This document shows, piece after piece, positions 1 to 9,463 of a stretch of DNA of 36,409 nucleotides; the stretch's first letter is position 1, and the number at the start of each line of letters is the position of its first letter. The notes below the pieces were generated by a model. The model was not told the origin of the DNA, made no database searches, and saw only the letters and a program-made list of their open reading frames with translations. Source of the stretch: Solirubrobacteraceae bacterium (lineage in GTDB: Bacteria; Actinomycetota; Thermoleophilia; Solirubrobacterales; Solirubrobacteraceae); contig DATIEI010000250.1 in the NCBI GenBank assembly GCA_035455845.1, forward strand, positions 1 to 36,409, given 5' to 3'. The position numbers and the translations under genes are program-made.

Positions 1-361
1 CCCGGGCGGCCGCCCGCACTCCGCGGACGATCTCGTCGGGATCGGCATCCTTGAGCAGGTAGCCGAGCGCGCCGGCGTCCAGCGCGGCGAAGATGCGCTC
101 GCGATCCGAGAACGTGGTCAGCATGACCACGTGAGCCGGGGACTCGGCCTCCTGCAGCGCTTGCGCGGCCGCGATGCCGTTCATGTCTGGCATCTCGACG
201 TCCATCAGGACGACATCCGGCGAGTGCTCGAGTGCGGCCTCGACCGCCTGCTGGCCGGTCCCGGCCGCCGCGACCACGGTGATGTCATCCGCCGCCTCCA
301 GCAGCCGGGTGAGCGCGTCGCGGACCACCGGGTGATCGTCGGCCACGAGAACCGTAATCAC
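1..361 (-). CDS. NarL/FixJ-family response regulator (receiver domain; 3' end outside window)
   Basis: Not in the ORF track. Translated by hand from GTG at 361, which overlaps the kinase TGA (GTGA): MITVLVADDHPVVRDAL...PDVVLMDVEMPDMNG...VVMLTTF...GALGYLLKD. Has the receiver DD, phospho-acceptor D, T and K motifs. Confidence 0.93.
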   Translation of the reverse strand, partial: MITVLVADDHPVVRDALTRLLEAADDITVVAAAGTGQQAVEAALEHSPDVVLMDVEMPDMNGIAAAQALQEAESPAHVVMLTTFSDRERIFAALDAGALGYLLKDADPDEIVRGVRAAAR

Positions 362-1698
362 AGGAGCGGCACCTCGATCTGTACGGAGACGCCCTGCCCC
401 GGGGCCGAGACGATGTCGAGCCGGCCGCCGGCGTGGTCGGCCAGGTCGCTCATCAGGCGCATCCCGAGATGACCCGGGTCGGCCGCCTCGTCGCGCGAGC
501 CCGCCGCGAACCCGGTTCCGTCGTCCCGGATCGACAGCGATGCCTCGTTCGCTCGCCGCGAGACGTCGATCTCGACCCGTGTGGCCTGGCTGTGGGCGCG
601 AATGTTCCGGACGGCCTCCTGGGCGACGCGGTAGAGCAGAGCCTCGACGTCCTCCGGCAACCTAAGGTCGTCGGGCACGTTGATCACGACGCGGATCCCG
701 GCGGTTCTGAGCGGCGCGACGAGGTCACTGAGCGCGGCGGCCAGGCCGGCCTGCTGCAGCGTCGGGGGATAGATGTCCACCAGCAGAGTGCGAAGCTCCC
801 TGATCGTCTCCCGCGTTTCCGCCGCGGCGGTGACCATCGCCGAGCGTGCGGCGCCGGGCCGCGCGGTCTCGCCGTTCTGCGCCGCCGACGCCGCCAGCGA
901 GAGGGATACGCCGGTCAGCCGCTGGACCGCGCCGTCATGGAGGTCGGCGGCGATGCGCCGTCGCTCCAGGTCGGACGCCTCAATCGCCCGCCGTAGGAGC
1001 TGCTCCCGCTCGCGCTGCTTTTCCCGGAGACGTCTCGCCAGCGAATAGGCGAGCGGCACCTGAACCAGGTACAGCACCAGCAGCACGCCGATCAGGGGCG
1101 GCACCAGGCCGATCCATTGACGCCGGCTGCTCGCCGAGATCGTGCTCGAGCGTTCATAGTCCTCGTAGAGCAGGGGGGTCCCGGACGGAGCGCGGATCCC
1201 CGCGTACACCTCGAGTAGCCGCTTGAACTGCCGCTCGGTCTGGTTCTCGGGCCGGGCGAGATCGCTCGCGTCGGCCACGCTCCCACCGGTCCGGAGCGTG
1301 TGCCGCTCGGCCGCCCCCAGCGGATACCTCGCGCCGATGAGCGACCGGGCGTCGGAGTAGATGATGCGCCCGCTGGAGTCCCAGATCTTCACCCGCACGA
1401 TCGGCGTCCTTCCCAGGATCCGCTGGCGCACGACCGCGTCGAGCCGGGCCAGGGCGGACGGGTCGCCGCGCAGGACGCCGGGGGTGATCAGCGGCTCCAC
1501 GATCCCCCGCCCCGCCAGGTCGCTCAGATCCGTTGCCTGCCGGATCGCGCCGGCCGTGGCCGAACGCCGCACGACGACGAAGCCGACCGCACCCACGATC
1601 AACATCGCGACCAGGCCGCTCAGCGCAAAACGCGCGAACAGCCGACGGAAGGACACATCGCGCGACCCCACAACCGTGAGGAGGCGGATCCGGCGCAA
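358..1698 (-). CDS. Membrane sensor histidine kinase, HisKA_3 type
   Basis: Two hydrophobic segments flank an extracytoplasmic domain. H-box ERRRIAADLHDG, N-box QEAVRNIRAHS, G1 IRDDGTGF, G2 GHLGM. Exact start uncertain. Confidence 0.93.
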   Translation of the reverse strand: MRRIRLLTVVGSRDVSFRRLFARFALSGLVAMLIVGAVGFVVVRRSATAGAIRQATDLSDLAGRGIVEPLITPGVLRGDPSALARLDAVVRQRILGRTPIVRVKIWDSSGRIIYSDARSLIGARYPLGAAERHTLRTGGSVADASDLARPENQTERQFKRLLEVYAGIRAPSGTPLLYEDYERSSTISASSRRQWIGLVPPLIGVLLVLYLVQVPLAYSLARRLREKQREREQLLRRAIEASDLERRRIAADLHDGAVQRLTGVSLSLAASAAQNGETARPGAARSAMVTAAAETRETIRELRTLLVDIYPPTLQQAGLAAALSDLVAPLRTAGIRVVINVPDDLRLPEDVEALLYRVAQEAVRNIRAHSQATRVEIDVSRRANEASLSIRDDGTGFAAGSRDEAADPGHLGMRLMSDLADHAGGRLDIVSAPGQGVSVQIEVPLL

Positions 1699-1784
1699 AG
1701 GTCACGGCCGAGGCGGGCGTAGGCCCCGACGGGCGCGGCTGAGACACGCTTAGCACCCGCGTCCCGCCGGGTAGTTCTCAGAAC

Positions 1785-2696
1785 ATGGCGGGAGGACTTA
1801 CCAGGCTGCTGCGTGCGCCGCTCGGTCCGGCGGAGGCATATGCGCGCATGGCCGCGGCGGTCGGCCAGGATCTCGCCGCCGCCGTCGTTTCGGGAGGTGA
1901 GCGCGACCCGTTCGCGCGGCGCGATCCGGCCTACATCGAGCGTACGCTGCCGGCACTGCGCATGAGCTCAAAGCTGTACTTCCGGGCCGATGTCCGCGGC
2001 CTCGAGCACATCCCGGCCGAAGGGCCCGTCCTGCTGGTCGGCAATCATTCCGGCGGGACCTGGATCGCCGACACCTTCATCTTCTCTCAGCACTTCTACG
2101 ACCGGTTCGGCCCCCAGCGCCGCTTTCACCAGCTGGCCCACGACCTCGTGTTCAAGGTCCCCGGGCTGCGGGCCCTGGTCGAGCGCTACGGGACCGTGCC
2201 CGCGTCGCCGCAGAACATGGCCGAGGCACTCCGGCGAAAAGCCGCGTTGCTCGTGTATCCGGGCGGTGACCACGAGACGTTCCGCCCGAGCTGGGAATCG
2301 GACCGGGTCGACTTCGCCGGACGTACCGGGTTCGTCGAGCTTGCACTCGAGCACGGGGTGCCGATCGTCCCGGTGGTCTCGGCCGGGGGTCAGGAGACCG
2401 CGCTGTTCCTCGGCCAGGGCCGGCGCCTCGCGAAGGCCCTGCAGCTCGATCGGCGCTTCCGCCTCAACGTGCTGCCCGCCGCGATCGGCCCCCCGTTCGG
2501 GGTGACGATCATGGATCTGCCGGGGCGCTATCCGCTGCCGGCCAAGATCTCGATCAGGGTCGGCAAGCCGATCGACCTGCGCAAACGGCTCGGACAGCGC
2601 CCCGACCCCGACGCGGGCTACGACCTGGTCACCTCGACCATGCAGCGCACCCTGACCCGCTTGTCGAACCAGCGTTCATTGCCGGTCGTGGGGTGA
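1785..2696 (+). CDS. Lysophospholipid/glycerol acyltransferase family protein (PlsC/DGAT2-like)
   Basis: Motifs VRGLEHIPAEGPVLLVGNHSGG...D, LLVYPGG, RTGFVELALEHGVPIVPV. Confidence 0.88.
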   Translation: MAGGLTRLLRAPLGPAEAYARMAAAVGQDLAAAVVSGGERDPFARRDPAYIERTLPALRMSSKLYFRADVRGLEHIPAEGPVLLVGNHSGGTWIADTFIFSQHFYDRFGPQRRFHQLAHDLVFKVPGLRALVERYGTVPASPQNMAEALRRKAALLVYPGGDHETFRPSWESDRVDFAGRTGFVELALEHGVPIVPVVSAGGQETALFLGQGRRLAKALQLDRRFRLNVLPAAIGPPFGVTIMDLPGRYPLPAKISIRVGKPIDLRKRLGQRPDPDAGYDLVTSTMQRTLTRLSNQRSLPVVG

Positions 2697-3682
2697 GTCG
2701 GCAGTCGACCCCCTGGCCGGCGCGGTTCGCGCTGCTGGCGCTGTTCTGGGGCTCGACGTTTCTGTTCATCAAGATCGGCGATGAGGCGCTCGCGCCGATC
2801 CAGGTCTCGCTCGGGCGGCTCCTCGTCGGGACCGTCACGCTGCTGGGCATCCTCGCGCTGCGCGCCGAGCGGCTCCCCGCCGGCTGGCGCCTCTGGGGAC
2901 AGCTCGCGATCGCCGGGCTGCTCTTGAACGTCGCCCCCTTCACGCTGTTCGCCTATGGCGAACGCCACGTCTCGAGCGTGCTCGCCGGCATCTGGAACGC
3001 CACCGTGCCGCTGTTCACGCTGCCGATCGCGATCGCCTGGATCGCCGACGAGCACGCCACCGCCCGCCGCCTGTGCGGCCTCGCCATCGGATTCGCCGGC
3101 GTGCTCGTCGTGCTCGGCGCGTGGCAGGGCGTCGGAGGCGCCTCGCTGGCCGGCAACCTGCTCTGCCTCGGCGCCGCGGCCTCCTATGGCCTCGGCTTTC
3201 CGTACACCCGCCGGTACCTCGCCCGCCGACCGGAGGGACCGCTCGCCCTGGCCACCGCGCAGCTGATCTGCGCCACGGTCGAGATCGCCATCCTCGCGCT
3301 GCTGTTCACCCACGCCCCCCACGGGCTGGCCGCCAAGCACGTGCTCAGCGTGCTCGCCCTCGGCGTGTTCGGAACCGGCCTGACGTTCGTGTTGAACTAT
3401 TCGCTGATTCGTGACGTCGGGGCGACCGTGACCTCAACGGTCGCCTACGTGATGCCGATCGTCTCGACGCTGCTGGGGATCGTCGCGCTCGGCGAGCCGC
3501 TGCGCTGGTATGAGCCCGTGGGAGCCGCGATCATCGTCGTGGGCGCGGTCCTCGCCCAGTCGCGCGACCGCGTCAAGCGTCAGGCCGTGACCGTCTCGCC
3601 GCGCTCGGCCAGCACAAGCCGGTCGGAGACGCTGTTACCGGCAAAGGCCGCCCGGAGCTCGCGGGCCCCCTGGGTGAAGTGA
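2693..3682 (+). CDS. DMT/EamA family transporter
   Basis: About 10 hydrophobic helices in two EamA repeats (LFWGSTFLFIKIG; YVMPIVSTLLGIVALGE). GTGA overlap with the acyltransferase stop. Confidence 0.9.
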   Translation: MSRQSTPWPARFALLALFWGSTFLFIKIGDEALAPIQVSLGRLLVGTVTLLGILALRAERLPAGWRLWGQLAIAGLLLNVAPFTLFAYGERHVSSVLAGIWNATVPLFTLPIAIAWIADEHATARRLCGLAIGFAGVLVVLGAWQGVGGASLAGNLLCLGAAASYGLGFPYTRRYLARRPEGPLALATAQLICATVEIAILALLFTHAPHGLAAKHVLSVLALGVFGTGLTFVLNYSLIRDVGATVTSTVAYVMPIVSTLLGIVALGEPLRWYEPVGAAIIVVGAVLAQSRDRVKRQAVTVSPRSASTSRSETLLPAKAARSSRAPWVK

Positions 3683-4341
3683 GTCCAACCCTCGAAGTGG
3701 ACCGGGAGCGCGGCACGAACGCCCAGTAGCCTCGTGGCCTCGGCCGCGCGGTCGCTCGAGAGGGTCAGGTACGCGCCGTCGAACCGGTGGGGCAGCTGAA
3801 CCGCGCCGGCGAACAGAATCGCCACATCGACATCGCCGACCCGCTCGGCGATCGTGCGCACCACATCGAGCGAGGCGTTGTCCCCCGACACATAGACCCG
3901 ATCCTCCCCTTCCGCCCCCAGCACGAAGCCGATCACCGGCCCGGTGATGTGGTCGGTCCCGTCGGGACCGTGCTGGGCCGGAACCGCCGTCACGGTGATG
4001 GGAGACCCGCCGCCGCCTCGTTCGAGCGCCACCGACGACCATGGCTCGAGGCCGGTTGCGTTGCCGCCCAGGCGCTCGGCCCCCTGGATCGTGGTGAGCA
4101 CGCGCCCGGCCCGGGGGAGGAACTCACGGCCGGCCGGGTCCAGGTTGTCGCTGTGGTGCTCGTGGGAGAGCAGCACGACGTCGATCGCACCCAGAGCGTC
4201 CGCCTCGATAGCCGGCCCGGTCGTCTTGACCAGTCCGCCGGCGTATTCGCCCGGCGGGGACAGCGCTGGGTCGGTCAGCCAGCGCAGCCCGGCGTATTCG
4301 AGGAGCGCGGTGGGCCCGCCAACCAGCGTGAGCTTGACCAT
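3580..4341 (-). CDS. MBL-fold metallo-hydrolase (UlaG-like superfamily)
   Basis: LTDP, variant metal motif SHEHHSDNLD, PAQHG, YVSGDN, PVHFEGWTH. Its ATG directly abuts the iolA stop. Confidence 0.88.
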   Translation of the reverse strand: MVKLTLVGGPTALLEYAGLRWLTDPALSPPGEYAGGLVKTTGPAIEADALGAIDVVLLSHEHHSDNLDPAGREFLPRAGRVLTTIQGAERLGGNATGLEPWSSVALERGGGGSPITVTAVPAQHGPDGTDHITGPVIGFVLGAEGEDRVYVSGDNASLDVVRTIAERVGDVDVAILFAGAVQLPHRFDGAYLTLSSDRAAEATRLLGVRAALPVHFEGWTHFTQGARELRAAFAGNSVSDRLVLAERGETVTA

Positions 4342-5844
4342 TCAGCGCTCCACGAAGTACGCGCCGCTCCCCTGTCCGCTCGAGAACCACCGGCTCGTGA
4401 CGGTCTTCTTGCGCGTGTAGAACTCGACCGCGTCCGTGCCGTGCGCGTGCAGGTCGCCGAGGAACGAGTCCTTCCAGCCGCTGAACGGGAAGAAGGCCAC
4501 CGGCGCCGCCACCCCGATGTTCACTCCGACCATCCCGGCCTGGACCTGGTGGCGGAAGCGCCGGACGGACGCCCCCGATTCGGTGAAGATCGAGGTGCCG
4601 TTACCGAACCGGCTCGCGTTGACCACTCCGATCGCCTCGTCGAGCGTGGAAGCCTGGATCACGCACAGGACCGGCCCGAACACCTCCTCCTGGGCGATGT
4701 CCATCTGCGCGGTCACGTCGTCGAGGATCGTCGGGCCCACGTAGGAGCCGCTCGGATCCCCGCCGGCTGACCCGCGGCCGTCGAGCGCCAGCTTGGCGCC
4801 GCCGTCCACCCCGCGCTCGATCCAGTCGCGGATCCGATCCCGCGCGGCGCACGAGATCACCGGCCCGACGTCGCTGTCCTCGTCCAGGCCGTCGCCCACC
4901 CGCAGCGCCCGGGACGCCTCGACCAGCGGCCCCATCAGCTGCTCGTGCGCGTCGCCCACGGTCACCACAACTGAGCCGGCCATGCACCGCTGGCCGGCCG
5001 CGCCGAAGGCCGAGCCGATGATCCCCTCGACGGTCTTGTCGATCACCGCGTCGGGCATGACCACCATGTGGTTCTTCGCGCCGCCGAGCGCCTGCACGCG
5101 CTTGCCCGCCTTGGCTGCGCGCTCGTAGACGATCCGCGCCACCGGGGCGGAGCCGACGAACGACACCGCGTCGATGCCGGGATGGTCAAGGATGCCCTCG
5201 ACGACCTCCCGACCGCCGTTGACCAGATTCACCACCCCCGGCGGAAGACCCAGCGCGTGTAGCTCCTCGAAGGCGATCTGCTGGGTCAGCGGCACCTGCT
5301 CGGAGGGCTTGAGCACGAACGTGTTCCCGCACGCGATCGCGAAGGGCAAGAACCAGAACGGCACCATGGCCGGGAAGTTGAACGGGACGATCGCCGCGCA
5401 CACGCCGACCGGCTGGCGGATCGTCTCGGCGTCGATGTTCCGCGAGACGTCCTCGAGAATCCGCCCCTGCATGGTGGTGGGGACCGCGCAGGCGCATTCG
5501 ACCATCTCGATCAGGCGGGCGACTTCGGCGCGGGCGTCCCCGATCGTCTTTCCCATCTCGGTGGTCACCGAGCGGGCCATCTCCTCCTGGCGCGCGACCA
5601 GCCGCTCGCGTAGCTCGAACAGCTTGCGCGCCCGCGCGATTGTCGACACCGCGCGCCACTCGGGCAACGCGTTGCGCGCCGCGCGGACCGCGTCGTCGAG
5701 ATCGGATGCGCCCGACAACGGGACGCGGGCGAGCACCTCGCCGGTGGCGGGCTTGATCACGTCGAGCACGTCGGTCGCAGCGCGCGCCGGCGTCCACTCG
5801 CCGTCGATGTAGTTGTCAAGAAGGCGGGTTGCGGTTACTGCCAT
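4342..5844 (-). CDS. iolA: CoA-acylating (methyl)malonate-semialdehyde dehydrogenase
   Basis: PFNFPAMVP, LKPSEQVP, FVGS, LGGAKNH, catalytic GAAGQRCMA, EEVFGPV. Start placed at ATG 5844 (MAVTATRLL). Confidence 0.93.
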   Translation of the reverse strand: MAVTATRLLDNYIDGEWTPARAATDVLDVIKPATGEVLARVPLSGASDLDDAVRAARNALPEWRAVSTIARARKLFELRERLVARQEEMARSVTTEMGKTIGDARAEVARLIEMVECACAVPTTMQGRILEDVSRNIDAETIRQPVGVCAAIVPFNFPAMVPFWFLPFAIACGNTFVLKPSEQVPLTQQIAFEELHALGLPPGVVNLVNGGREVVEGILDHPGIDAVSFVGSAPVARIVYERAAKAGKRVQALGGAKNHMVVMPDAVIDKTVEGIIGSAFGAAGQRCMAGSVVVTVGDAHEQLMGPLVEASRALRVGDGLDEDSDVGPVISCAARDRIRDWIERGVDGGAKLALDGRGSAGGDPSGSYVGPTILDDVTAQMDIAQEEVFGPVLCVIQASTLDEAIGVVNASRFGNGTSIFTESGASVRRFRHQVQAGMVGVNIGVAAPVAFFPFSGWKDSFLGDLHAHGTDAVEFYTRKKTVTSRWFSSGQGSGAYFVER

Positions 5845-6643
5845 CGAGGATCCATTCATGGTCGGGGTCGTTGACGACGGCCCAGAAGCGGCTGGGACCC
5901 GCCATCACGTTCAGGTAATACAACTCGTAGCCCGGCGGCGCCGAAACCGTGTGGTAGCCGCTCGGCACCAGCACGCAGTCACGATCGCGGAACGTCATCG
6001 CCTCATCCATCGCGCTCTCGTAGTCGTAGACGCGCTGAAGCCCGAACCCGTGGGAGGGTCGGATGCGGTGGTAGTAGGTCTCCTCGAGGTGCGACTGCCG
6101 GGGCGGATCGTCGTGGTCATGCTTGTGCGGCGGGTAGCTCGACCAATGACCAGCCGGCGTGAGGACCTCGACCACGAGCAGCGACTCCGCGCCCTCGTCA
6201 TCCATGAGGATCGGGTGGATGAAGCGCTCATACTCGCCCCGTCCACGCGTCTCGACCTCGATAGCGGCGCCCGGCAGGACGCGCGGCTCGGCGCCGCCCT
6301 TGTGCGCCGGCCCCCAGCAGAGCGCGACCTCGGCGCCCTCGGCCGCGCGCAGGCCGACGTGCGATCCGGGAGGCAGGTACGCGGCGTCGGGTAGGCCGGA
6401 CCAAGGGTCGGGGCGGCCGCCCAGGTCGAGCCATTCGCCGTGCTCGGAGGCCACGTGCACAACGCCGGAGATCACCACGATGCACAGCTCGCGGGGACCG
6501 CACACACGCTCGGCCGTCCCGCCGGGAGCGAGGACCAGGACCTCGAAGCCGACCCGTTCCCACCCCGCCGACTCGGGCGTCACGGTGAGGATGGTGCCGT
6601 CCGCTTCGGGGGTCGAGGCCCCGGAGACGAGGAGCTCACTCAT
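5816..6643 (-). CDS. iolB: 5-deoxy-glucuronate isomerase
   Basis: TPESAGW, LLVVEVLTPAGHWSSYPPHKHD, LEETYYHR, GYH, LYYLNVMAGP. Start at ATG 6643 (MSELL). Confidence 0.95.
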   Translation of the reverse strand: MSELLVSGASTPEADGTILTVTPESAGWERVGFEVLVLAPGGTAERVCGPRELCIVVISGVVHVASEHGEWLDLGGRPDPWSGLPDAAYLPPGSHVGLRAAEGAEVALCWGPAHKGGAEPRVLPGAAIEVETRGRGEYERFIHPILMDDEGAESLLVVEVLTPAGHWSSYPPHKHDHDDPPRQSHLEETYYHRIRPSHGFGLQRVYDYESAMDEAMTFRDRDCVLVPSGYHTVSAPPGYELYYLNVMAGPSRFWAVVNDPDHEWILDGSNRNPPS

Positions 6644-8528
6644 GGGTTGAGCGTAGATACTGACGCTGGTGCCCGTGTGCCTCGTCGTAGGTCTCGCGCG
6701 CGGCCCGCACGGTCTCCTCCTCGGAGACCTCGGCCACAGGCACATCCCACCAGCTCTCGTAGCCCGGGACGCCGCGGTAGCGATCGACCTCGATGTGGAT
6801 GACCACGGGACCGTCCGTCCCGCGAGCTTCGGCCAGCCCATCCGTGAGCTCGGCGATCGTCTTCGCCCGGATCACGCGCGCCCCGAGGCTCTCGGCGTTG
6901 GCGGCCAGGTCGAGCGGGAGGACGTCGGTCGAGACGGGGTCGAGTGGGACCGCGCCGTTGTCCGAGAACCGGTAGAGCGTCCCGAAGCCCGACGACCCGA
7001 TCGACCGCGACAGCGCGCCGATCGAGGCGTATCCGTGGTTGTCGACCAAGACGATCACCATCGGGACGCGCTGCGCCACCGCGGTGACCAGCTCGCCGGG
7101 CAGCATCAGGTACGAGCCGTCGCCGACCAGCACGTACACCTCGCGCTCCGGCGCGGCCAGCTTGACCCCCATCCCGCCGGGGATCTCGTAGCCCATGCAC
7201 GAGTAGCCGTACTCGACGTGGTAGCCCTTGCCGTCCGGATCGCGAGCCCGCCACAGCTTGTGCAGATCGCCAGGTGCCGAGCCGGCCGCGTTCACCAAGA
7301 CGCCGGTCTCGCCGGCCGCGTCGTTGATCGCGCCGATGACCTCGGCCTGGGAGGGCGGCGCCTGACGCTCGTCGGGCGCGACCAGCCGCGCCACCTCCTC
7401 GCCCCACGCCCGCGACTCGGATGCAGCCCGGCGTTCCCAATCGGGATCGACACGGTGGCCGGACAGCGCTTCGCCCAGCTGCTCGAGCGCCACCCGCGCG
7501 TCGGCGAGAACCGGCAGCCCGCTGTGCTTGCCGGCGTCGAACCCGGTCACGTTGACGTTGACGAAGCGCACGCCGGGGTCCTGGAAGGCCGAGTGCGACG
7601 CGGTTGTGAAGTCGCTCCACCGCGTGCCGACGCCGATCACCAGATCGGCATCTCTCGCCAGCCGATTAGCCGCCGCGCCGCCGGTAGCCCCGATTGCTCC
7701 CAGGCTGAGCGGATGGTCGGACACCAGCGCGCCGCGTCCCGCCATGGTCTCGCCCACCGGAATCCCGGTCGCGTCGACGAGCGCCCGCAGCGCGCGGACC
7801 GCCTCGCTGTAGATAACCCCGCCGCCCGCCACGATCAGCGGCCGCCGCGCGTCCCGGATCAGCGACGCCGCACGCGCTAACGCTTCCGGCGCCGGCGGCT
7901 GGCGGTAGATCGTCCACACGCGGGCTTCGAGGAATTCCTCCGGGACGTCGAACGCCTCGGCCTGCACGTCCTCGGGCATCGCCACCGTGACCGTGCCGGT
8001 GTCGGCCGGATCGGTCAGCACTCGCATCGCCTCGAGCGCGGCCGCAGTCAGCTGTTCAGGCCGCTCGACGCGCTCGTAATAGCGCGACACCGGGCGCAGG
8101 CAGTCGTTGACCGACACGGTGGCGTCGTGTGGGACCTCGAGCATCTGGAGCACCGGGTGCGGCGTGCGGGTGGCGAACGTGTCGCCGGGGAGCAGCAGCA
8201 CGGGCAGGCGGTTGATCGTGGCCAGCGCCGCGCCGGTCACCATGTTGGTCGCCCCCGGGCCGATCGAGGTCGTGCAGGCGAAGGTCGACAGGCGGTTCTT
8301 CTGACGCGCGTAGCCGGCCGCAATGTGGACCATCCCCTGCTCGTTGCGCGCCGGGTGGAAGGGCAACGCGTCCCGGTGCTGGTGAAGCGCCTGACCCAAC
8401 CCGGCGACGTTGCCGTGCCCGAAGATCCCGTAGCAGCCGGCGATCAGGCGCTCGCGCCGGCCGTCGCGCTCGGTCTCCTGCGCGGCCAGGAATTGGACCA
8501 GCGCCTGAGCGACGGTCAGCCTCAGCAT
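6636..8528 (-). CDS. iolD: 3D-(3,5/4)-trihydroxycyclohexane-1,2-dione acylhydrolase (TPP-dependent)
   Basis: RLTVAQALVQFL, GIFGHGNVAG, RNEQGM, EYGYSCMGYEI, GDGSYLM, WWDVPVAEVS. ATG 8528 preceded by GGAGGTGAGG. Confidence 0.96.
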   Translation of the reverse strand: MLRLTVAQALVQFLAAQETERDGRRERLIAGCYGIFGHGNVAGLGQALHQHRDALPFHPARNEQGMVHIAAGYARQKNRLSTFACTTSIGPGATNMVTGAALATINRLPVLLLPGDTFATRTPHPVLQMLEVPHDATVSVNDCLRPVSRYYERVERPEQLTAAALEAMRVLTDPADTGTVTVAMPEDVQAEAFDVPEEFLEARVWTIYRQPPAPEALARAASLIRDARRPLIVAGGGVIYSEAVRALRALVDATGIPVGETMAGRGALVSDHPLSLGAIGATGGAAANRLARDADLVIGVGTRWSDFTTASHSAFQDPGVRFVNVNVTGFDAGKHSGLPVLADARVALEQLGEALSGHRVDPDWERRAASESRAWGEEVARLVAPDERQAPPSQAEVIGAINDAAGETGVLVNAAGSAPGDLHKLWRARDPDGKGYHVEYGYSCMGYEIPGGMGVKLAAPEREVYVLVGDGSYLMLPGELVTAVAQRVPMVIVLVDNHGYASIGALSRSIGSSGFGTLYRFSDNGAVPLDPVSTDVLPLDLAANAESLGARVIRAKTIAELTDGLAEARGTDGPVVIHIEVDRYRGVPGYESWWDVPVAEVSEEETVRAARETYDEAHGHQRQYLRSTHE

Positions 8529-9463
8529 GTCCTCACCTCCTCGACCGGCGAGGGCTCGGGCGGCGAATCGATCTCCTCGCGCAGCCGCGCCAGCGTCGCC
8601 CCGAGCCTCGTTGGCACTGTGCCGAGCGCCTGAGCGGTGGCGACGCCGTCGAGCCGCGTATCCCTCGGGATCGCCTCGTCGCCGAGGACGCGAGCCGGCG
8701 GGACGGCAACTTCGAGCAGCGCGGCGTCGAGCCCGAAGGCGTCGATCGCGCGGCGCGCCAGCCCGACCCGGTCGGCGTGCTCGCCGCCACAGCAGTGAAT
8801 GACGCCGGTCGCCTGAGCGGCGATCGCGCGCCACAGCAGCCGCGCGGCGTCGGTGGCGAGCGTGGGGGTGGCGATCCGGTTGAGGCCCGGGCCGTCCCAA
8901 AGCGTGAACCGCTGACCCCGACGGAGCGCCTCTACGAGCGATGCGACCAGGTAGCCGAACCCCGCGTCCTGCGCGCGCGGGAGGTTCGGCCGGGCGCGAT
9001 GCACGCCCTGCACGCCGGCGATCCGGGCGACCAGGCCGCGTGCGGCGATCTCGCGGGTGATGAGCTCCGAGCACGCCTTTAGGAAGCCGTAGGTGTTGAT
9101 CGGGTTGGGCGGCTCGAGTTCGGTGGCGGGTCCCTGGGTGCCGTCGAACACCCAGTCGGTCGAGATCAGCACGAAGTGCGCGTCGACCGTGTTCGCCGCC
9201 ACCGCGGCGTTGCGGGTCGCGCCCACATACGAGGCCCAGGCGCGACGGCGGTCGCTGCGCAGCCCGGCAGGATCGTTCCAGATCGCCGCGTGCACGACCA
9301 CGTCGGGCCGGGTGGCCCGGACCGAGCGTCGCACCATCAGCTCATCGGTGAGGTCGACGTACTCGTGCGAGGGGGCCACCACCTCCGCGCCTTGCTCCTG
9401 CGCGAACACGTGGGCCAGGTTCGAGCCAACGAACCCGCTCGCCCCGGTCAGATAGACCCTCAT
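8522..9463 (-). CDS. Extended SDR, RmlD (dTDP-4-dehydrorhamnose reductase)-like oxidoreductase
   Basis: TGASGFVG Rossmann motif, ISTDWVFDG (RmlD-type STDYVFDG), PNPINTYGFLK (YxxxK). ATG 9463 overlaps the iolG stop. Confidence 0.85.
   Translation of the reverse strand: MRVYLTGASGFVGSNLAHVFAQEQGAEVVAPSHEYVDLTDELMVRRSVRATRPDVVVHAAIWNDPAGLRSDRRRAWASYVGATRNAAVAANTVDAHFVLISTDWVFDGTQGPATELEPPNPINTYGFLKACSELITREIAARGLVARIAGVQGVHRARPNLPRAQDAGFGYLVASLVEALRRGQRFTLWDGPGLNRIATPTLATDAARLLWRAIAAQATGVIHCCGGEHADRVGLARRAIDAFGLDAALLEVAVPPARVLGDEAIPRDTRLDGVATAQALGTVPTRLGATLARLREEIDSPPEPSPVEEVRTC

Noticed and set aside
1699-1784. Imperfect inverted repeat in the kinase-acyltransferase spacer
   Set aside because: Too many mismatches for GC-rich DNA, and the kinase start is uncertain
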